Assembly: GCA_044359525.1 (NCBI GenBank)
Contig: JBIKLY010000006.1
Span: forward strand, 370 to 64,369
DNA length: 64,000 nt
Source: Rhodocyclaceae bacterium
GTDB lineage: Bacteria > Pseudomonadota > Gammaproteobacteria > Burkholderiales > Rhodocyclaceae
Direction of reading: 5' to 3'
Shown here: in pieces, positions 61,824 to 64,000 of the stretch
Layout of the letters: each line of letters opens with the position of its first letter
Position numbering within the stretch: position 1 is the stretch's first letter
Made by a program: the position numbers and the translations under genes
The notes under the pieces: model-generated
Seen by the model: the letters and a program-made list of their open reading frames with translations, nothing else
Told to the model about the DNA's origin: nothing
Database searches by the model: none

Positions 61824-63833
61824 ATGCAAATTGCCCGCGTCGCGCTCGATGTTCCTTTGCATCGTTTTTTTGATTACCTGATACCGGCAGGTGAGCTGTT
61901 GTCGGCAGCCGATATTGGCTGTCGGGTACGCGTTCCCTTCGGTCGGCGCTCCAGAATCGGCGTCATTGTCGAGGTCCTCGCAGAAAGCGATCATCCGCTC
62001 GCGCAGCTCAAACCCGTCGAAGAGATACTGCGCGATTTGCCGCCCTTGCCCGCCGACTGGTTCCGCCTCGCCGAATTCTGCGCGGCCTACTATCAGGCGC
62101 CGCTGGGCGAAGTGATGCTATCCACCCTGCCGGCTGGTTTGCGCCGCATTGACCCGCCCAAGGCGCGGGTCGGCCAGCGTGTGCCCAAGCTTGCACCGGC
62201 GCAGACTGCGCCTGCGCTCACGGCCGAGCAACAGCAAGCCCTGGCGACAATTACCGGGGCCGGTCCGGGGTTCAACGCCTATCTGTTGCACGGCGTGACC
62301 GGCAGCGGCAAGACCGAGGTTTACCTGCGCCTCATCGAACGTGCGCTGGCCGCCGGTCAACAGACGCTGCTGCTGGTCCCGGAAATCAACCTGACACCGC
62401 AGCTGGAAAGCCGCGTCGCGGCGCGTTTTCCCGAGGCCGGGCTGGTCAGTCTGCACAGCGAGCTGACCGAAGCGGCGCGCAGCCGCAACTGGCGGGCTGC
62501 GCTTGAAGGTCGGGCGCGCATCATCCTCGGCACCCGGCTGGCGGTTTTCACACCCTTGCCTGAACTCGGCCTGATCGTCGTCGATGAAGAGCATGATTCG
62601 TCGTTCAAGCAGCAGGACGGCATGCGCTACTCGGCGCGCGATGTCGCCGTTTTTCGTGCACGTGAACGCGGCATTCCGATCGTCCTCGGTTCGGCAACAC
62701 CCTCGCTCGAAAGCTGGGCCAATGCCACCGATAGCCGTACGCGCGGTCGCTACACCCTGCTCACCCTGCACGAGCGGGCGGTTGAAAACGCCCGTCTGCC
62801 GGTCGTTCAGCGCATCGACACGCGTCTGGAGAAGTTGCAGGACGGACTTTCCGGCGCCCTCTTGCTGGCCATCGAAAAACGTCTGGCGCGCGGTGAGCAG
62901 AGTCTGGTTTTTCTCAACCGGCGCGGTTACGCACCGGTACTGGCCTGCGCTGCCTGCGGCTGGGTCTCGCGCTGCACCCGCTGCGCCGCCAATCTGGTGC
63001 TGCATCTGGCCGACGGTCGCCTGCGTTGCCATCATTGCGGTTTTGAAAGCCGCGTGCCGAAGCATTGCCCGACTTGCGGCAATCAGGACATTCACCCCTT
63101 CGGGCGCGGTACGCAGCGTCTCGAAGAAGTGCTGGCGACGCGTTTCCCGCAGGCGCGGATTCTGCGCGTTGATCGCGATTCGGCGAAAAGCCGTAAGCAG
63201 TGGGAGGCGCTGGTCGAGAAAATTCACGGTGGCGAGGCCGATATTCTGGTCGGTACGCAAATGCTCGCCAAAGGCCACGATTTCCCGAAACTGACGCTGG
63301 TTGGCGCGATCGGCCCCGATGCGGCGCTCTTTGCCGCTGACTGGCGTGCGGCAGAACGGCTGTTTGCCCAGCTGATGCAGGTTGCCGGCCGCGCCGGTCG
63401 TGCCGAACTGCCGGGTGAGGTGCTGATCCAGACGCAGTTTCCCGAGCATCCCCTGTATGCCGCGCTGGTTCGTCATGACTACCCGGCGTTTGCTGCCGCG
63501 CAACTGAAGGAGCGCGAGCAGGCCGGTTTCCCGCCCTACGCCTATCAGGCCATGCTGCGCGCCGAAGCGCCGCAGATGGCCGACGCCCTGGCTTTCCTGG
63601 CCACGGCCCGTGCCTGGCCGGCGGCCGAAACGCATCAGGATGTGATGCTCTACGACCCGGTGCCGATGCGTCTGGCACGACGTGCCAATTTCGAGCGCGG
63701 CCAACTGCTGGTCGAATCGCCCTCGCGGCGCGCCCTGCAGGCTTTCCTTGCGGCGTGGCTTGCTGCGCTTGAGGCCATCAAGGCACCTTCGCGTCTGCGC
63801 TGGCATCTGGAAGTCGATCCGCTCGAATTCTGA
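61824..63833 (+). CDS. priA: Primosomal replication restart helicase PriA
   Basis: N-terminal MQIARVALDVPLHRFFDYLIP, Walker A GVTGSGKTEVY, DEEHD and the Cys-rich insertion CxxC...CxxC...CHHCG...CPTCG. Confidence 0.95.
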   Translation: MQIARVALDVPLHRFFDYLIPAGELLSAADIGCRVRVPFGRRSRIGVIVEVLAESDHPLAQLKPVEEILRDLPPLPADWFRLAEFCAAYYQAPLGEVMLSTLPAGLRRIDPPKARVGQRVPKLAPAQTAPALTAEQQQALATITGAGPGFNAYLLHGVTGSGKTEVYLRLIERALAAGQQTLLLVPEINLTPQLESRVAARFPEAGLVSLHSELTEAARSRNWRAALEGRARIILGTRLAVFTPLPELGLIVVDEEHDSSFKQQDGMRYSARDVAVFRARERGIPIVLGSATPSLESWANATDSRTRGRYTLLTLHERAVENARLPVVQRIDTRLEKLQDGLSGALLLAIEKRLARGEQSLVFLNRRGYAPVLACAACGWVSRCTRCAANLVLHLADGRLRCHHCGFESRVPKHCPTCGNQDIHPFGRGTQRLEEVLATRFPQARILRVDRDSAKSRKQWEALVEKIHGGEADILVGTQMLAKGHDFPKLTLVGAIGPDAALFAADWRAAERLFAQLMQVAGRAGRAELPGEVLIQTQFPEHPLYAALVRHDYPAFAAAQLKEREQAGFPPYAYQAMLRAEAPQMADALAFLATARAWPAAETHQDVMLYDPVPMRLARRANFERGQLLVESPSRRALQAFLAAWLAALEAIKAPSRLRWHLEVDPLEF

Positions 63834-63914
63834 GCAGCGGATTGCCGCCCACCCGGCGGGTTTTGCCGGGTGCTGGCCTTGTCATCATCCAACTCATTGA
63901 TCCTAGAAACCTTA

Positions 63915-63957
63915 CCGCAAAGGCGCAAAGGCGCGAAGATCGCAAAGGAAACAAAGG
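63915..63957. repeat. Imperfect tandem 8-nt repeat (CGCAAAGG units) downstream of priA
   Basis: CCGCAAAGG-CGCAAAGG-CGCGAAGAT-CGCAAAGG-AAACAAAGGG. Its architecture is similar to the repeat at 35044..35077. Confidence 0.6.
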
Positions 63958-64000
63958 GTTATCGCGTGCTTGCTATTCACCCTTAGGGTGATTGATGCCT

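Noticed and set aside
62118-63806. 562-aa minus-strand ORF
   Set aside because: It is antisense to priA, which has Walker, DEEHD and zinc-binding motifs. This is a shadow ORF.

Overview
This is about 64 kb of origin-proximal sequence from a GC-rich betaproteobacterial chromosome. Gene order and protein motifs look Rhodocyclales/Dechloromonas-like, but that is inference only. The conserved backbone runs as follows: atpF'-atpE-atpB-atpI-parB-parA-rsmG-mnmG on the minus strand; ahpC-ahpF; an orphan cI/LexA-like S24 repressor; a REC-TPR response regulator; a Liv/HAAT-type ABC transporter; and mnmE-yidC-yidD-rnpA-rpmH on the minus strand facing dnaA-dnaN-gyrB. It continues with trmA, rsuA, a DsrE-like gene, oxyR and dps; a type IA topoisomerase with smg, dprA and a LysM gene facing def-fmt; then rsmB-DUF4390-ntrY-ntrX-trkA-trkH-hemE-priA. 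Non-coding signals include three parS sites, one DnaA-box cluster in the dnaA-dnaN gap and another next to hemE, and two matching OxyR-type operators upstream of ahpC and dps. There are two accessory patches. The first (26.6-32.3 kb, between gyrB and trmA) is a gutted type I R-M locus: an hsdS 3' remnant and an internally deleted hsdM, with no hsdR. It still carries intact passenger genes (a PD-(D/E)XK/DUF5655 protein, an AlbA_2-HATPase_c_4 protein, a RhuM protein and DUF5710 proteins), 212-bp direct repeats, a (CCCTG)8 microsatellite and a dense GGATAATAA motif array. The second (33.4-40.3 kb) carries ccdAB, a DnaQ-like exonuclease, a GST, a YjjJ/HipH-like HipA kinase, tag, an uncharacterised protein that looks like a catalytically degenerate AEP/LigD-polymerase fold, and an orphan AAA+ ATPase. 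The best candidate for something undescribed is the AEP-like/Tag operon with the divergent ATPase, followed by the surviving genes of the gyrB-trmA island. I saw no rRNA, tRNA, CRISPR array, transposase or integrase. All family assignments come from motif recognition by eye, and no searches were run.
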